Source: Cladosporium halotolerans
Taxonomy: Eukaryota
Assembly (NCBI RefSeq): GCF_011745625.1
Contig: NW_027191484.1
Span: 124,001-188,000, forward strand
Direction of reading: 5' to 3'
DNA: 64,000 nucleotides
Below the pieces are notes generated by a model, which did not search any database, was not told the origin of the DNA, and worked only from the letters and a program-made list of their open reading frames with translations. Positions 61,102 through 64,000 of the stretch are shown piece after piece (the stretch's first letter is position 1; each line of letters begins with the position of its first letter). The translations under genes and the position numbers were made by a program.

Positions 61102-62262
61102 CTTGTCGTGGCAATATTCGACCTCAGCAGCACAAGTGAATTTCGTCTGTCATGCGGGCTAGCTGTGGCTTTTCGCTAATAGAAGGAAAGTATCGCAAGG
61201 TCTTTATGCGCTGAAGGGAGAGAGAAAAAAAAAAGAGATGTTGTCTGAGGTATCTTACCCCAGAAAACCCCATCGCCACCTTGTGGCTTACCGAAACATG
61301 GCTCAAACAGCCTGGAAATTTGCAAGAACTCCGGAAGTCGCGGAGTCGGTGATTCTTCCGATTGGTCAGGGCTTTGTCATATTAGGGTAAGGGTTAGTAT
61401 TGTTTCTCCAGCTGTTCCAGGTGAACTCCTTGCAATGATTTCAAACCATTGCACTAACAGGTTTCTACGCGAATTGAGTAGTAGACAAGTGCATTCAGTC
61501 CTCAGGTACATGTAGCGTCTACTGTCGGGGACTTGCTTTTAGTACGATATGCGATACATCTTACATCCCGGGCATCAGCAAATTGATAAAGGACTGCATG
61601 TGACTTCTGAGATGAACGCTTTTAGAGATCGTGGTAACGTACTACGTTGATCATACACTCCCTGCCGTGGTACCAAGCTGGCATCGTCATTCGAATACCA
61701 AAATGTCCATCGCGATAGTTATCAATCTCCCTCATGCTCTCGCGATCCCCGAAAATCCACGCATAAGTTAGCTTACAATAAACAGAAAATGACAAAGCAT
61801 CCTACCCAGCAATTCACATACAGAGAGGACATACAATCAGGCTGAAGGAGAGCCTCTTGTAAGTCGTCTCGGAGTATTTCTGGTCTGTCAAGACTTCTAA
61901 AAGGGAGTGGCTAAGATCCCAATCTCCATCAACACTTTTCTATTTCGATCTAGCATATCAATTCCCCTCAGTTCTTGAGGCATTTGAAGCCCTTTCAGCT
62001 ATATTCTCTGCGCCAGTATACGTTGCAAAGGGGCTTGACGACAACGAAGTATACCATGTTAACGGTGGTGTTGGACCTCGTATTCTAGCTGCTCACGCTT
62101 CTCACGCTGTACTAATACACGGCTGCTCAACAAACATTTTTCAGCCCCTCGATCAGTGAGGTGAGATCTTCGCTTGACTCTCTTTGACTGGATCATGCAA
62201 ATGACGCGGCGGCTTCCTAGAAGCAAGGATCACCCGTGGCTCCTTGTGAATTTGTTCGCTCC

Positions 62263-62903
62263 TTAAGTTGCAGCTCCTGCAATGACAAGAATTTTGACAA
62301 TGTCTTCCCAGCCTCTCATTTGCGCGACATTCAGCGCGCTCCTATAATCCCCTCTCAAACTGACATCTGCTCCATAGCTGAGCAACACTTGGATAGAGAA
62401 CATGCGCGTTGCAGAGTGGCTTAGAACAATTGAAGCCCCAAACCATCGTTCTTGATGAGAATCCCACATTCCGAGGAAGAGAAGGCTTCGGAGTCCTGGA
62501 AAGATGTCTTGGATGACACGCTCGCCTCTTTTCCTCGAACGTAGCTTCTTTGCTGCGCGCTTACTCGACGGCGTTGTGGTTTGCTCGGATCCGGATCCTG
62601 CTGACTCCCCTGCACTAGTGGATGACAAGGAGTCATTATCAACCAACTCGTCTTCGTCAGAGGCTTTACCATCGCTATTGAAATGCCACACTTGCCATCG
62701 GGATAGCGGCGTCGTAGACTTCTGAGAACCTTCTCTGAGAATTCTGCTTCTTGCATCGCCTCGCGAACTCGGGCTTCGATGTCGGTAGAATATGCTGAGC
62801 CTAAGACAACGCTGTGCTTCGGTGGCTCTGTAAACTTGATTTCCGGAGCTGATCTTTTCTCCTGGCGAGACACTCGTTGTGGATGGGTGCCAGCGTCAGA
62901 CAT
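62263..62903 (-). pseudogene. Chimeric remnant: internal fragment of a hybrid histidine kinase fused to an ankyrin-repeat tail
   Basis: VLGSAYS..LRSLRRRYPDGK / (frameshift) VWHFNSDG..IFPGLRSLLFLGMWDSHQERWFGA..RMFS, then LLSYGADVSLRGDYRSALNVAQMRGWEDIVKILVIAGA. Confidence 0.7.
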
Positions 62904-62987
62904 TTGGGAGGTATCTGCATCTGTCTCCGTTCATGTCTGTGAAAGTCCTTGCGTGCCGTTGATAGGGTGAGCCAGGGGAACTATTGT

Positions 62988-63551
62988 TCATTTTCGGGGA
63001 GCCTTATCTCTCACGCCTCCTAGGATCTTTGGAAACATTGTGTCCAGCTTGGCTCCAGCCTCGATAAGGATGGCCACGATTTCTTTTCTGTTCCTCATAG
63101 AGGCAGCCTGCAGCGCACCTCCGTAAGCACCTTCAGTCAATGTTACATCTGCTCCGAAGTCTAGTAGCAACTGCACGATCTCTTGCCAGCCAGCGAATGC
63201 GGCAGCTTGTAACGCACTGTGGTAGTACCCGCCTACGACGTTTGCATTGGCCCCGTATAGCAGCAGCATCTTCGCAACCGCTGCATGGCCACGGAGACAT
63301 GCTGCTTGTAGAGCGCAGCCGTAAGGACCACATCTTGCGTCCATATCCGCCCCAAAAGATAGCAGCAACGCAACCGTCTCATTGTTGCCGCAGTAGCACG
63401 CGGCTTGCAGCGCTGTCCTGAAATGGCCTCCTCTTTCATTGGGATCGGCTCCCTCCCGAATCAACGCTTGCGCCGACTTCTCATCGCCTTCGTAGCAGGC
63501 AAACTGAAGCTTGTTGCCAAAGTATTGCTCTGCAAAATCCAAATTTCTCAT
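62988..63551 (-). CDS. Ankyrin-repeat protein (~5 repeats)
   Basis: Repeated 33-aa units GGxxxxALQAAxxxGxxxxVxLLLxxGADxN. Confidence 0.85.
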   Translation of the reverse strand: MRNLDFAEQYFGNKLQFACYEGDEKSAQALIREGADPNERGGHFRTALQAACYCGNNETVALLLSFGADMDARCGPYGCALQAACLRGHAAVAKMLLLYGANANVVGGYYHSALQAAAFAGWQEIVQLLLDFGADVTLTEGAYGGALQAASMRNRKEIVAILIEAGAKLDTMFPKILGGVRDKAPRK

Positions 63552-64000
63552 GGCCTTTAGTGCCGTTCATAAAGGATTTCGTGGTATCGTGACAGCGGAG
63601 CGGGGATGTCTCGTCTGACCACTACGGCTTTGCAAGAGGCTGGTCCTGGTAGCGAGCGTGTTGTACAGTCGATGAAGGCAGATTCCTCAAGGCTACATGC
63701 CAAATTGGACATAATGGTCTTACTGTGGCTCGATCAGTCAAACCAAACTTTTGGCTTGGCCATTTGGACAGCCACGGTATACTTACTTAACGAAAACCCG
63801 CAATGCTGACCTAGGCTTGCAAGCAGGAAGAGTACAGGTGTGGCTCGGTCTGCCTTGCGCGCTGCTGGGGTCAGCCTCTTTGCCCTCGCTCGACAGCTTT
63901 GACGGGCGGCGGATCTTGACTTTCAGGGATTCCACTACCAGGTCAGTTGCTGACACCAGTCGCACTAAGTTACCTCTTGTTGCACGCCAAGGCATGTGAG

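Noticed and set aside
61382..61397. Telomere-like TTAGGGTAAGGGTTAG
   Set aside because: Under three imperfect units, which is compatible with chance or a promoter motif.
63560..64000. Upstream exons of the ankyrin gene or an NLR
   Set aside because: An intron-like GTAAGT...CAG is present, but the spliced frame stops before the ankyrin ATG. No NACHT/NB-ARC motifs are visible.

Overview
Intron-rich filamentous ascomycete DNA dominated by an apparently intact Starship giant transposon. A six-exon DUF3435-type tyrosine recombinase 'captain' (5448-9147, with a long C2H2 zinc-finger tail) heads about 47 kb of densely packed cargo. The cargo includes the typical Starship auxiliary trio: ferric reductase, DUF3723 and patatin-like phospholipase. 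It also includes a JmjC protein, several chromodomain-like proteins, three F-box/2EXR-like paralogues, a pseudokinase, an APH-like kinase, secreted LPMO-like and cupredoxin-like proteins, and many orphans. The most unusual non-coding feature is at ~19.6-20.2 kb, between two convergent genes. It is a head-to-head array of ~96-bp repeats in which RTCACGTG boxes recur at 95-102 bp spacing. I hypothesise that it is a cis-acting maintenance or partition site, possibly read by the ParB-like DUF3723 protein or by a host bHLH factor. The left flank holds a HeLo-like gene with a possible amyloid motif. The right part holds a hybrid histidine kinase lying between fragments of a second, broken histidine kinase, plus ankyrin genes. 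Element boundaries cannot be fixed from this window alone. Family names come from motif recognition by eye, not from database searches.
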